From Candidatus Poseidoniaceae archaeon (GTDB lineage Archaea > Thermoplasmatota > Poseidoniia > Poseidoniales > Poseidoniaceae): 64,000 nucleotides of DNA. Position numbers and translations under genes: made by a program. The notes beneath the pieces were generated by a model. The model was not told the DNA's origin. It saw nothing but the letters and a program-made list of their open reading frames with translations, and did no database searches. This document shows, one piece after another, positions 49,760 through 59,803 of the stretch (positions are counted from its first letter, which is position 1; every line of letters starts with the position of its first letter). The stretch covers positions 395,081 through 459,080 of the forward strand of contig CALSRB010000002.1 in the NCBI GenBank assembly GCA_943788655.1. Reading direction: 5' to 3'.

Positions 49760-52537
49760 TCACTGCTTTGCCCGCGCACGAGCAAGCAATCCACCTGCTT
49801 CCGCCTCGCTTGCTTCCACAGAAGCCGGAGCTTCTTCTGTTGCGAACTCAGTCACCTGTCCAGATCCTTGACGACGGGAAAGCAGGACAATGATGACCAC
49901 GGCAAGCAGAAGTATTGCGCCTATGGCACCGATTGTGACGAGCGGGAGAGCGCCTGCTGGATCCTCAGTCTGCACGACTGGAGCGGAATTGTCTGTACCT
50001 CCTGAGAGATTGACAGTGAGATAGGCTACAGATTCCATGCCGAGATCTGCATCAATCACAGCGACTCGCAACTCAACCGTACCGTTCGCATTCACAGGGT
50101 ATTCGATGAACGTGAGGCAGCGGTTGGTTGCTGTGGATTGATCAAGGCTGCAGGAATGACTCAAGTTCTCGAGCATTGTGCCAGCCACTGAAATATTTGC
50201 TTCTGATGGTATTACACCATCAGGATCGTAGACCCACCACATCAATCCGCCGGAACGCTCGTCCACTGCATTGAGTTCTTTGATGGACACAGCAGGTGCA
50301 TCCGGCATGGCGATTACCGTGATGTTGAGCCTGGCAGCATGTGTGTTTTCGCCATCGCTAACATTGAGATAGATTGCATCCTCGAAGCCATAGTAATCCA
50401 TATTGCCGCTGATGATGATTTGTGAGGCTGCACGAACCACATCCACATTCATTGATGAATCGCCAATTGTCCAAAACAGCACATCACCATCGATGTCCCA
50501 AGCCATTTCACTGAGATTTAGTGCTTTAGAATCGTCTTCATTGAGTTCAATGTTCCAGTATGAAGCGTTGATTGTCATAGCGTCATTCACCGGCTCGACA
50601 TACACAGGCACGTCGAGTTCAACAGGAAGGTTGACGCCATCGCCCACCAACAGGTGAAGCACTGAGGCCCCGTTCATGTTGAGGCGTGGTGTGATGGTCA
50701 ACACCCCTTCAGAGATGATGAAATCGATCGGACCGTAAGGCCCTTGGGTCTCGCCAGATATGCTTGCGATCAAGACTTCACCTTCAGGATCGTTTGCGTA
50801 ATCTGAGAGAACAACGGATGTTGAAGCGCCATCCTCAACCATATTTTGCATGGGTACAGTTTGGGTCACGACCACTGCATCATCAACTGGGACAATTCGA
50901 ATCATTGCTTCGACTTCGGCTTCGTCGACAACACCGTCGCCATCAGCTCGCAGGTGCAGCCGGACATCTGCACCATCGACATACTCGCCCGGCGCTGTGT
51001 GGAAGACAATCATCGTGTATCCATCAGAACTAATGGATGTGCTGAAGTTCCCAACTGCACCACCGGTGAGTTCTGCCTCAACAAATAACACATCTTGCCC
51101 ATCAGGGTCGAAGGCAAAAAGCGAGGCATCGATTTCAATGCTTCCACGTTGTTCAACATCGATAAACGGCACAGGGGCAGTGAGAGAAAGGGGGGCATCA
51201 GATCTGTTGAAGGGTTGATGCAAGATTATTGGCGCACCCTCCACTCGAATTTCCAAATGGAATTGGTGAGGCCCCGGTGCCACATCAGCCATCGGGAACA
51301 AGCACTCTGCCTCGCCGTTGCTCAGCAAGGCCCCCGTGAATGGCGTCATTCCAACGATGGCGCAGACAATCTCCACTGACCAATCAGACGGTAGTTCGTC
51401 GTGTGTTGTCCCATCTCGAAGGGTCCATGGAACGCGCCAATTCACGGTTTCGGAGGTATTGAACGATGTCCGATTTGCAGGGGCAAATGTGTTGTTCCCA
51501 GTCAGCACAAGGGCGCTGCCTGCAAGATTTTCCGCAAGATAGGCATTCGGATCGCTCAAGGTATTAGCATCGGTTGGCCGATTCGTCGCCGCTCTGAACG
51601 AGCCATGATCGCCTCTCAATGTGAGGTCGAGGTACGGCACGAGGTGATTGGCCGTGCGCTCAATTTGCAGTTCTTGGGAGATGGATGCATCTTCGTCTGC
51701 CAACGATTCGAAGAATGAGGTTGATGCTTGAAATTGGTAATGATTGGCTCCGAGAAGTTGCATTGCGTGCCATCCGAGGTCATTGGTTCCGTTCAGGACC
51801 GCCGTTACATCATTGAATTCAGCGACTCCATCGAGTGTTCCCGTGATGAAGAGTCCAGTTGATGGTTGTGCGACATCGACCGTCCAACCTTCGGGAGCGA
51901 GGTCCGTCCAGTGATTGCCTTCATCCCAAGAGGAAAAATCTGTACCCAATCCAAACACGCCACGGGGCGGTTGGGCATTTGGCGTGGCATCCCGTTCATT
52001 CCAAAATGGCATGACGGCATAGGCTGCAGCAGCACCATGGCCGTGACCACCAAGGCCCCAGTGGTCCAAATCAATTTGACCAAAAGATCCCGTTAGAGCA
52101 TCAGTGGACTCATTGAGGGTGACCATCAATTCGTACCCTATTTGGATGGACGACAGGATGGAATCGAAATCTGTTGCCTCAGAGACACCTTCGTGGACAA
52201 CAACAATGTGGCCACGCTTTGCAAGGGAAGACCCCAATAGCATGTACTGCTCCATGTTTTCACCATCATCCCCGATGAATTGGACCCAAGTAAAAGGGCC
52301 ATTGCCAGCCATGTTTTCACCCTCACCATCGGCCATTGCGGGATAAATCACTTGCATCTGAGTTTGAGCGGCACCTCCGCCTTGATACCCGGTAATCCAG
52401 CCCACTGGGAAATCAACACCCTCGTGCTTTGGAACAAATGGTAAGGCCTCATCGGGATGGTCTGCTGCAACGCTGTGAAAAGGCACAACGAAGAGCAGAG
52501 CAACGACAAGAAGACAGCGGAAACTTGTTGCGTTCAT
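49760..52537 (-). CDS. Membrane-anchored alpha/beta-hydrolase-fold (chlorophyllase/cutinase-like) protein with cadherin-like repeats; nucleophile Ser absent
   Basis: IYPA..GPF, LAKRGHIVV, GGHGHGA in place of GHSxG, GTLD, GANH; DPDG/VND repeats; C-terminal TM. Confidence 0.7.
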   Translation of the reverse strand: MNATSFRCLLVVALLFVVPFHSVAADHPDEALPFVPKHEGVDFPVGWITGYQGGGAAQTQMQVIYPAMADGEGENMAGNGPFTWVQFIGDDGENMEQYMLLGSSLAKRGHIVVVHEGVSEATDFDSILSSIQIGYELMVTLNESTDALTGSFGQIDLDHWGLGGHGHGAAAAYAVMPFWNERDATPNAQPPRGVFGLGTDFSSWDEGNHWTDLAPEGWTVDVAQPSTGLFITGTLDGVAEFNDVTAVLNGTNDLGWHAMQLLGANHYQFQASTSFFESLADEDASISQELQIERTANHLVPYLDLTLRGDHGSFRAATNRPTDANTLSDPNAYLAENLAGSALVLTGNNTFAPANRTSFNTSETVNWRVPWTLRDGTTHDELPSDWSVEIVCAIVGMTPFTGALLSNGEAECLFPMADVAPGPHQFHLEIRVEGAPIILHQPFNRSDAPLSLTAPVPFIDVEQRGSIEIDASLFAFDPDGQDVLFVEAELTGGAVGNFSTSISSDGYTMIVFHTAPGEYVDGADVRLHLRADGDGVVDEAEVEAMIRIVPVDDAVVVTQTVPMQNMVEDGASTSVVLSDYANDPEGEVLIASISGETQGPYGPIDFIISEGVLTITPRLNMNGASVLHLLVGDGVNLPVELDVPVYVEPVNDAMTINASYWNIELNEDDSKALNLSEMAWDIDGDVLFWTIGDSSMNVDVVRAASQIIISGNMDYYGFEDAIYLNVSDGENTHAARLNITVIAMPDAPAVSIKELNAVDERSGGLMWWVYDPDGVIPSEANISVAGTMLENLSHSCSLDQSTATNRCLTFIEYPVNANGTVELRVAVIDADLGMESVAYLTVNLSGGTDNSAPVVQTEDPAGALPLVTIGAIGAILLLAVVIIVLLSRRQGSGQVTEFATEEAPASVEASEAEAGGLLARARAKQ

Positions 52538-52588
52538 GTGCGACCCTCCGAGATTTGCTTGCGTCGGACAAATATGAGTCTTGTTCCG

Positions 52589-53605
52589 TCATGCATACGA
52601 ATGAAGCAAGGCCTCTGCGTGAATGAGTTGCGTAAGGAGAAGGTCGATCGAGGGCAAAATGTGTGCGAGGTGAGGTGCCCAAAGGGTGGCCCAGCACGAC
52701 AAATGTTGAGCGACGAGCATCCATCGACCGTTCAATTGAGGCGGTTGCATCGCATTCAGCATGCTCTCGACATCCCCCTCAAATAAAGCATAGGCCGCGT
52801 TGAGCAGCAGAGGGGCTTGGGCGGCTGCAATCTCAGGATCAAAATTGACACCAAAGACCGCATCCTTCGCAGAACCCGTGCACCGTGCAAGCAATTCATC
52901 AGGAAGAGTTCGACGTGATTTAGCAACGTGCACTTGACCGCCTGCATCAAGCCATGTGGAGGCGACCGAGCGTGCAGCACCTCCACCGCCACACAGGGAA
53001 AGAACGGGATGAGATGAAAAGGAAATTCCGAAGTGTTGAGCGAGGCCAACCACACCGGCACCATCCAAACCTGCGCACCACCATCCTTGCCCGTCCCACC
53101 GAAGGGCATTCACTGATTGGTAGTTCATCGAATCGTCAATCGCTGAAACGGCGGTGCTTGACAATTGATGTTTGAGGGGCGAAGTTAGATTTACCCAGAT
53201 TTCATTGCTAAGAAACCCCGTAGGAAGAGGTAGTTTCCGGCCCATAGTTACTGAACGAGCCGCCAATGAAACCGCCACCTCGCCGGTTGGTGCGAACCGA
53301 TCATCTGCGTCCTCAACCGCCATGCCGGCTTCAATTGCTTTGGCGAGAAGGCCTGTTGTGCGAAATTTACCAAATGGTGCGTTTGTGTACGCCCAATCTG
53401 GCGCAGTGGGCACAGAGCCAGCATACCCCCAAGCCAGTGCGTCTTCAATCGTCGAGGTAGGAACAAGATCGGTGTTTTTCAACTTCAAATTAAATTCCTT
53501 CTTACCAAGTAAGTCCAACATTCTGGCGTGTACTAAGCCAAGCAGGAGGGGCGATAATGAATGAGCAACTGGGTCGCCCGCAACCGCATAACGAACCTCA
53601 CCCAT
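52589..53605 (-). CDS. Shikimate dehydrogenase-like protein with internal insertion
   Basis: AVAGDPVAHSLSP, NLTSPLKH, LDGAG, GGGGAARS, G..MLVAQ. Start at MGEVRY with TTGAAG 29 nt upstream. Confidence 0.7.
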   Translation of the reverse strand: MGEVRYAVAGDPVAHSLSPLLLGLVHARMLDLLGKKEFNLKLKNTDLVPTSTIEDALAWGYAGSVPTAPDWAYTNAPFGKFRTTGLLAKAIEAGMAVEDADDRFAPTGEVAVSLAARSVTMGRKLPLPTGFLSNEIWVNLTSPLKHQLSSTAVSAIDDSMNYQSVNALRWDGQGWWCAGLDGAGVVGLAQHFGISFSSHPVLSLCGGGGAARSVASTWLDAGGQVHVAKSRRTLPDELLARCTGSAKDAVFGVNFDPEIAAAQAPLLLNAAYALFEGDVESMLNAMQPPQLNGRWMLVAQHLSCWATLWAPHLAHILPSIDLLLTQLIHAEALLHSYA

Positions 53606-53699
53606 GAGGCGAACACAGGGTTCAACACCTTCAACCTCTCCCTCAAAAAACACACCAGTCGGGATAGATTTCAAAAGGGAGGCATCCCTAGGTATTTCC

Positions 53700-54056
53700 A
53701 TGCAAGCGAATGTCGAAGGAGCAAAGTCTGGCTTAATTTCGTTGCTAACGGGGCTCCTCGGTTTGTACTTCACTGCATCGATGTGGATGGAACTGCAAGA
53801 TTCCCTCGGAATCTTGATCGGCGCACCATTGGCAGTTGTTGTTACCACAACGATGCTCATCATTTTTCAATCTAAGAAGCAACAAAAAGAAATTAGCCTC
53901 AACGGAAGTTACGATCTGCATGAGTCATTTCTCAATGAAAACAATGACCCCTTGGGCACACAAAAGGGTCGCAACCCAGTGATGTTCATCGTCATGCTTT
54001 ACATGCTTGTGGTGTTGATTAACGAAGCCGCTGGAACTGGACTGATCTTCAACTAA
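53700..54056 (+). CDS. Small membrane protein
   Basis: Three hydrophobic segments; TTCAAA 30 nt upstream of the ATG. Confidence 0.65.
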   Translation: MQANVEGAKSGLISLLTGLLGLYFTASMWMELQDSLGILIGAPLAVVVTTTMLIIFQSKKQQKEISLNGSYDLHESFLNENNDPLGTQKGRNPVMFIVMLYMLVVLINEAAGTGLIFN

Positions 54057-54066
54057 GGTGCAGACG

Positions 54067-54318
54067 ATGGCCGGATTGATGGACGTCTTCCTGATGAAGG
54101 AACGCGTAAATGAAGGGGCAAACCCGATTTTCATCATCCTCGAGAAAGCCTCAATCTTGATTGCGTTACTGATCGTCGTTGTCCTCGCTGTCGCTCTAGA
54201 GTTGCCGGATTGGGGCGTTGGAATTGTGGTCGGCATTTCGCTTGGACCGATTGTCTATGGGCATTACTATTTCATTTACATTCGTCCACTTCGCGCAAAG
54301 AAGTTAGGAGAAGATTGA
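54067..54318 (+). CDS. Small membrane protein
   Basis: Two TM segments; AAGGTG SD upstream. Confidence 0.7.
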   Translation: MAGLMDVFLMKERVNEGANPIFIILEKASILIALLIVVVLAVALELPDWGVGIVVGISLGPIVYGHYYFIYIRPLRAKKLGED

Positions 54319-54352
54319 AGTCCTAAGCGCTTATGTTCAATCAGGTGACACA

Positions 54353-54973
54353 ATGAGTGTACTTTCTAATTTCCTCGAACTCATCGGCTTAGGAGACATC
54401 ACTGGCATCGATGTCTTATTCGCAGCAATGGCCATCGTAGGGACCTTTTTGTTCCTCATTTATTTCGCACTGATTCTGATTGGTGGGGTCGCTGACGGAG
54501 CTCTTGGCGCAGTTGGCGTTGATATTGATCTTGAAATGGGGGCAGAGGGCGTCTTCAACATGCTCACAATTCAAGGATTGCTGAGTTTCCTGATGATGTT
54601 TGGAATTTTTGGTCTTGCAGTCAATATGGAAACAGAAATACCTACTCTTGCGATTTTGGCTGGAACGATTGCGGGGACAATCTCAATGTGGCTCATTGGC
54701 AAGGTGTTTCAAATGTTGAGGAGTCTCGAAGTCGACGCAACGGTCCAACACAAACAAGCAATCGGCGCTCAGGGCCAGGTCTACATGACCATTCACCCTG
54801 GTCAAACTGGCCAAGTGCAGGTTGAGTTCCAGAGCGCACTCCGCACTTGCTCTGCCGTACTTGAAGATGATTCAGCAACACTTGAAACAGGTAAATTTGT
54901 TGAGGTGGTCCGAACCATCGGAGAAACGCTCATTGTTCGAGAATTAAGCCTCAAAGAGATTGCATCCGAATGA
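54353..54973 (+). CDS. NfeD-like membrane protein (flotillin partner)
   Basis: TM helices plus C-terminal OB-like domain (IGAQGQVYMTI..GQVQV); adjacent to flotillin. Confidence 0.85.
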   Translation: MSVLSNFLELIGLGDITGIDVLFAAMAIVGTFLFLIYFALILIGGVADGALGAVGVDIDLEMGAEGVFNMLTIQGLLSFLMMFGIFGLAVNMETEIPTLAILAGTIAGTISMWLIGKVFQMLRSLEVDATVQHKQAIGAQGQVYMTIHPGQTGQVQVEFQSALRTCSAVLEDDSATLETGKFVEVVRTIGETLIVRELSLKEIASE

Positions 54974-55064
54974 ACCCATTTGTCGATGTGAGCCGAGTAG
55001 GGCTTTTTTCAGGGATATACTGAGACGGGTGAAAGGTCATAAAGGACTGTACGCATGGAAGAAC

Positions 55065-56450
55065 ATGGCAGAACTCTTTGTTATTGGACTCGGACTTTTC
55101 CTTTTTGTCCTCTTGGGTACGATTTACGTTGCAACCCAGCGGTACAAACTTGCACCATCGGACCAAATCCTTGTCGTCTATGGTAACGTGAAAGACAAAC
55201 AATCGGCAGAATGTATCCACGGTGGTGGAAAGATTGTCTGGCCTTTGATCCAGCACTACGCATACTTGTCGCTGCGCCCTATGACGCTCAACATCCCGCT
55301 CAAGCATGCCCTTTCAAAGCAAAACATCCGAATCAATGTTCCTTCTTCCTTCACAATCGGTATCTCAACTGAGCCATCGATTATGCAGAACGCTGCAACT
55401 CGTTTGCTCGGCCTGCCACAAAACGACATCGAGAAGCTCGCAGAAGACATCATCTTTGGTCAACTTCGGTTGACCGTTGCTTCGCTCACCATCGAACAGG
55501 TCAACCAAGACCGTGATTCGTTCCTGCGAATCGTGTTCACCAACGTCGACACAGAACTGCACAAGCTTGGTTTGTACCTCATCAACGTCAACGTTGTTGA
55601 CATCACTGACGAGCGACAATACATTGAGTCGATTGGTACCAAGGCCGCAGAGACTGCAGTCAACGAAGCACTGGTTGAGACTGCAATCGCTCGCTCGACT
55701 GGTGAACTTGGCCGTGCAAAGGCAGACCGAGAGCGTGAAGTTGGTGTCGCGCAAAACTCCGCAGAGTCCGAAAAAGGACAGAAGGAAGCAGAAGTCAACC
55801 GACGTATTTTCGTCATGCAACAAGAAGCAATGGGTAAGCAAGGTGAAAACGTTGCAGCCGCAGAGATTGCTGATTTCGAAGCCGATCTTTTGGTCAAGCA
55901 AGCAGACGCACGAAAGCGTGCAGAAGTCGCCCAACGTATTGCACAGAAGGAAATTGAATCCGCTCAGTACGAACTGGAAGGCGAGCGATTGCGTGCTCTC
56001 GAAGTCGTTCGTGAAGAAGTCTCCAAGCAAACGGTCGAAATTGCTGCAGAAGCCGAGGCTGAACGTCAACGCCGAATCGCACAAGGTCAAGCCGATGCTA
56101 CCCTTGCACGCTACCAAGCAGAAGCAGAAGGTACACGAGCGGTTCTCGAAGCAAAGGCTGCGGGTTACTCTCAACTTGTTGCAAGCGCTGGTGGCGACGC
56201 CCGTGCGGCTGCTACGCTCCTGATGGTCGAGAAGATGGAAGAATTGGTTGCACGACAAACAGAAGCAATCTCCAACCTCAAGATCGACAAGATCACAGTA
56301 TGGGACTCCGGAAACGGAGCAAACGGCGAAGGTGGATCAACCTCCAACTTCATCTCCTCCCTCATGCAAAGCCTACCACCAGTCCACGATGTGGCAAAGA
56401 TGGCTGGCGTTGAATTGCCAGAGTACCTTGGTCACATCAAGGACGAGTGA
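55065..56450 (+). CDS. Flotillin (SPFH) family protein
   Basis: RYKLAPSDQILVVYG, HGGG, GQLR, AEA-rich coiled coil, IDKITVWDSG. Confidence 0.92.
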   Translation: MAELFVIGLGLFLFVLLGTIYVATQRYKLAPSDQILVVYGNVKDKQSAECIHGGGKIVWPLIQHYAYLSLRPMTLNIPLKHALSKQNIRINVPSSFTIGISTEPSIMQNAATRLLGLPQNDIEKLAEDIIFGQLRLTVASLTIEQVNQDRDSFLRIVFTNVDTELHKLGLYLINVNVVDITDERQYIESIGTKAAETAVNEALVETAIARSTGELGRAKADREREVGVAQNSAESEKGQKEAEVNRRIFVMQQEAMGKQGENVAAAEIADFEADLLVKQADARKRAEVAQRIAQKEIESAQYELEGERLRALEVVREEVSKQTVEIAAEAEAERQRRIAQGQADATLARYQAEAEGTRAVLEAKAAGYSQLVASAGGDARAAATLLMVEKMEELVARQTEAISNLKIDKITVWDSGNGANGEGGSTSNFISSLMQSLPPVHDVAKMAGVELPEYLGHIKDE

Positions 56451-56545
56451 AGCCACACGGCGCCCAAATGCGGGTCCTCAAACTGCGTTCATGGCGCTGG
56501 TTTGAGCCGAGGGATTGAAAGCCAAAACGACACGGACCAAGGTCT

Positions 56546-58261
56546 ATGGCAAGCGACTTGGAAATTGCTCGAGCAGCAACACTCGAACCGATTGAAACCA
56601 TTGCATGGAAATTAGGCATTTCAAGCCACGAACTTCTCCCAATGGGAAGAGGCATGGCCAAAATCACCTGGGAAGCCCTAAGCGAGCGCTTTTCACGCCC
56701 TCAAGGCAGCCTTGTCCTCGTCACATCTGTCAACCCCACTCCGTTTGGCGAGGGAAAAACCGTGACGACAATCGGACTCACTCAGGCCCTGTGCGCCATT
56801 GGCCAATCTGCCACATGTGTGATTCGGGAACCATCAATGGGTCCAGTGTTTGGCATCAAAGGCGGTGCAGCGGGTGGCGGTCAGTCCCAAGTTCTCCCAA
56901 TGGAAGAAATTAACCTCCATTTTACCGGTGATTTGCATGCCGTTACTTCTGCGCACAACCTTCTTTCAGCCCTCGTCGACAACCACATTAAGCATGGAAA
57001 CGCAACAAAACTAGATCCAACTCGCATCTTTTGGCCAAGAGTCATCGACATGAACGACCGTGCGTTGAGAAATGTCACTGTTGGACTTGGTGGGCCAGCG
57101 AATGGCAACCCACGGCAAGACCGATTTGATATCACAGCAGCAAGCGAAGTCATGGCCATCTTGGTCCTTGCAAAAGACTACGCAGATTTGCGAAGCCGTC
57201 TTGGCAACATCGTGGTTGGGCAATCCACAGATGGAAACCCTGTCAAAGCAGAAGAAATGGGGGCCGCAGGAGCCATGGCACTGCTGCTCAGAAACGCATT
57301 CCTACCAAATTTAGTTCAAACACTGGAGGGGAATCCAGCGTTCATTCATGGTGGACCATTTGCAAACATCGCTCATGGCAATTCAAGCATCATAGGCGAC
57401 CGTTTGGCACTTGGCGCTGCAGACATTGTCGTCACTGAAGCAGGCTTTGGATCTGACATGGGGGCTGAGAAATTCATGCACATCAAGGCAGCGAACTCGG
57501 GTAAAGCACCAGATTGTGTGGTTATGAACGTCACCGTCCGCTCCATGAAGTTGCACGGCGGTGCTTTTGGTAGCCGTGGAGGCTATCGCCCAAGTCGAGA
57601 AGAATTAGATGCTGAGAACATTGAGGCCGTGAAGCAGGGGGCTCAAGGGAACTTAGACCGTCATATTAGGAACATGGCCGGATTTGGCATGCCCGTTATC
57701 GTATCAATCAACAGATTCACGGCAGACACCGATGGAGAACTCGAGGCTTTAACGGCGGCTGCCCGAGCAAGCGGAGCGCATGCAGTCACCCTTACAGAAG
57801 TCCATGCCAACGGTGGTAAAGGTGGAGAACCACTGGCCAAAGCCGTCGTTTCTTCAATTCAAGACCATGTTGCAGCAGGCCGTCCATTCACACCACTCTT
57901 CCTGAAAGATGCCCCTGTCATGGAGAAAGTCAACGGAATCGCAAAGCGAATCTACAAGGCGGAAGGCGTCGTTGTCGAAGCGAAAGCAAAGAAACAACTG
58001 GCAGCAATCGAATCATGGGGCTATGGGCACCTTCCCGTGTGCATGGCGAAAACACAGTACTCATTCTCACATGATGCAGGTCAACTTGGAGCTCCAGTCG
58101 GGTTCACAATCCCAGTCAGAGAGTTCCGCCTCAACGCTGGAGCAGGATTCATTGTGGCCGTCCTTGGGAACATGATGACCATGCCTGGTTTGCCAAAGCG
58201 ACCGGCTGCGGCAGATATGGACATGGATGAAAACGGCCAACTAACCGGCGTATTTGGGTGA
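56546..58261 (+). CDS. fhs: Formate--tetrahydrofolate ligase
   Basis: TPFGEGKT, GIKGGAAGGG, HGGPFANIAHG, TEAGFG, CMAKTQYS, MTMPGLP. Confidence 0.97.
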   Translation: MASDLEIARAATLEPIETIAWKLGISSHELLPMGRGMAKITWEALSERFSRPQGSLVLVTSVNPTPFGEGKTVTTIGLTQALCAIGQSATCVIREPSMGPVFGIKGGAAGGGQSQVLPMEEINLHFTGDLHAVTSAHNLLSALVDNHIKHGNATKLDPTRIFWPRVIDMNDRALRNVTVGLGGPANGNPRQDRFDITAASEVMAILVLAKDYADLRSRLGNIVVGQSTDGNPVKAEEMGAAGAMALLLRNAFLPNLVQTLEGNPAFIHGGPFANIAHGNSSIIGDRLALGAADIVVTEAGFGSDMGAEKFMHIKAANSGKAPDCVVMNVTVRSMKLHGGAFGSRGGYRPSREELDAENIEAVKQGAQGNLDRHIRNMAGFGMPVIVSINRFTADTDGELEALTAAARASGAHAVTLTEVHANGGKGGEPLAKAVVSSIQDHVAAGRPFTPLFLKDAPVMEKVNGIAKRIYKAEGVVVEAKAKKQLAAIESWGYGHLPVCMAKTQYSFSHDAGQLGAPVGFTIPVREFRLNAGAGFIVAVLGNMMTMPGLPKRPAAADMDMDENGQLTGVFG

Positions 58262-59331
58262 CCAGAATGAAAATTTTGAAGCGCGAGCCCACGCTTTGGC
58301 GTTTGCGTGTCGAATCCGACGATGACCTTTGGACGCTCTCCCACCTCGCACGACCCGGCCTTCAACTGGGCATGCTTGGGGAGCGACGTGACCAAACCAC
58401 CTCCGGTGAAGAGGGAGGCAGAGCGAAGGTGGCAGAACGAAAAAAAATGTGGATTCGCCTCAACATCGAGACAACGGAATACCAAGCATTTAGTGAGTCA
58501 CTCCGAATTCATGGCATCATTGACGAGGCTAAATTCGATGTTGGTATGCACCACACCCATGTGGTGGAAGTTCGTGATGAGGTCGAGATCACAGCGGCCT
58601 CAGCGTTCACAACAGCGGACGACGACCTCTTGCGCGAGTCTGAAAAGGCGGCGCACCAGGTGAGCGTCGCTTTGGCAATGGTTGAAAACGACGAGATTGT
58701 CTTGTTTTACATCACGCCACGAGGCCTCAAAGAAGGGGCAACATGGACAATGCGCGGTGGAGGAAAACGTGGCGACATCAAGCAATCTTCGGGAATCACC
58801 GCAACCTTCCGCTCAAATGTCATCAAAGCAGTCAAAGCCACCCTCGATGAAACGACACCGCTTCTTCTCTGTGGGCCCGGTCACGCAAGGGAAACCCTGC
58901 TCAAGGAATTCCAAGCATCCGGCGAGGTTCGATTGATGAAGTCAATTGCGACTTCAATGGCTGGACGAGCAGGCGCCAACGAATTGCTTCGTGAAGGCCT
59001 CGCCGGCGATTTACTCAGCGAATACGCCATTACCAAAGAAACGACGTTGTTAGACGAAGCATGGAAGCGCTTGTCCACAAATGGCGCCGTCGCCTATGGG
59101 CCGAAGGACCTCATGAGGGCGATGGAGGAAGGTGCAATTGAGACGTTCCTGATCACTGCAGAACTGCTCCGAAGCACTGATGCCTCCATTGACGGGATGC
59201 AATGGTCCACATGGGTCAACGGACTGTCTGCCATTGGGGCAGACCTGATTCAGTGTTCGTCAGACCACGATGCCGGCCAGCAACTAATTGGAATGGGTGG
59301 AGCAATCGCCCTTTTACGCTACACAATGTGA
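58258..59331 (+). CDS. pelA: Pelota (Dom34) ribosome-rescue factor
   Basis: ESDDDLWTL, LRIHG, G.HHT, CGPG, VAYG, GGAIALLRY. Confidence 0.9.
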   Translation: MTRMKILKREPTLWRLRVESDDDLWTLSHLARPGLQLGMLGERRDQTTSGEEGGRAKVAERKKMWIRLNIETTEYQAFSESLRIHGIIDEAKFDVGMHHTHVVEVRDEVEITAASAFTTADDDLLRESEKAAHQVSVALAMVENDEIVLFYITPRGLKEGATWTMRGGGKRGDIKQSSGITATFRSNVIKAVKATLDETTPLLLCGPGHARETLLKEFQASGEVRLMKSIATSMAGRAGANELLREGLAGDLLSEYAITKETTLLDEAWKRLSTNGAVAYGPKDLMRAMEEGAIETFLITAELLRSTDASIDGMQWSTWVNGLSAIGADLIQCSSDHDAGQQLIGMGGAIALLRYTM

Positions 59332-59339
59332 GGGAAAAA

Positions 59340-59648
59340 ATGAGAATCGTGAACCTTGATGAGTTGGGCGACAACCCACGCCAAGCCATGGCAGGAGCTC
59401 GTTGGTTGGTGATGAAAGGTTCGCAAGTGGCCCAATCCACTGGATTGTTAATGTTCACAGAACTTGACGATATACTCGTGGCTGTCGATCATCGAGGCGC
59501 TGTGCCTCAGCCAGGATTATGGCAACGAGCCGTTCACTGCATCATGATTGATGGAACCGCAGAGGAAGCAGAAGCATTTCGACGTTCTTCTGGTATTACC
59601 AAAGTGATTGCTGAGTCAAGTGAACCAATTGAAACTCACCTATGGTAG
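59340..59648 (+). CDS. Hypothetical protein
   Basis: 102-aa ORF starting 8 nt after pelota (MRIVNLDEL). Confidence 0.65.
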   Translation: MRIVNLDELGDNPRQAMAGARWLVMKGSQVAQSTGLLMFTELDDILVAVDHRGAVPQPGLWQRAVHCIMIDGTAEEAEAFRRSSGITKVIAESSEPIETHLW

Positions 59649-59649
59649 A

Positions 59650-59722
59650 TGGGTCTGGAGGGATTTGAACCCTCGATCAACGCCGTGTAAGGGCGGTGTC
59701 ATAACCACTAGACCACAGACCC
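59650..59722 (-). tRNA. tRNA-Val(TAC), CCA not encoded
   Basis: GGGTCTG/CAGACCC acceptor, loop CTTACAC, T-loop GTTCAAATC. Confidence 0.93.
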
Positions 59723-59803
59723 AACCCATCGTGGAAGCCCCGGTTCTTGAAGCCATTGCAGGAGGGTTAACCTCAAAGGCGATGAGCCACGCCCCCAAAA
59801 TGA

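Noticed and set aside
53606-53863. Head-to-head overlap of the aroE-like gene and a membrane protein gene
   Set aside because: Resolved by starts at 53605 and 53700, each with its own upstream box.
55365-56258. Long antisense and alternative-frame ORFs (for example 297 aa opposite flotillin, 216 aa at 19780-20430)
   Set aside because: They overlap better-supported genes and are explained by codon bias.
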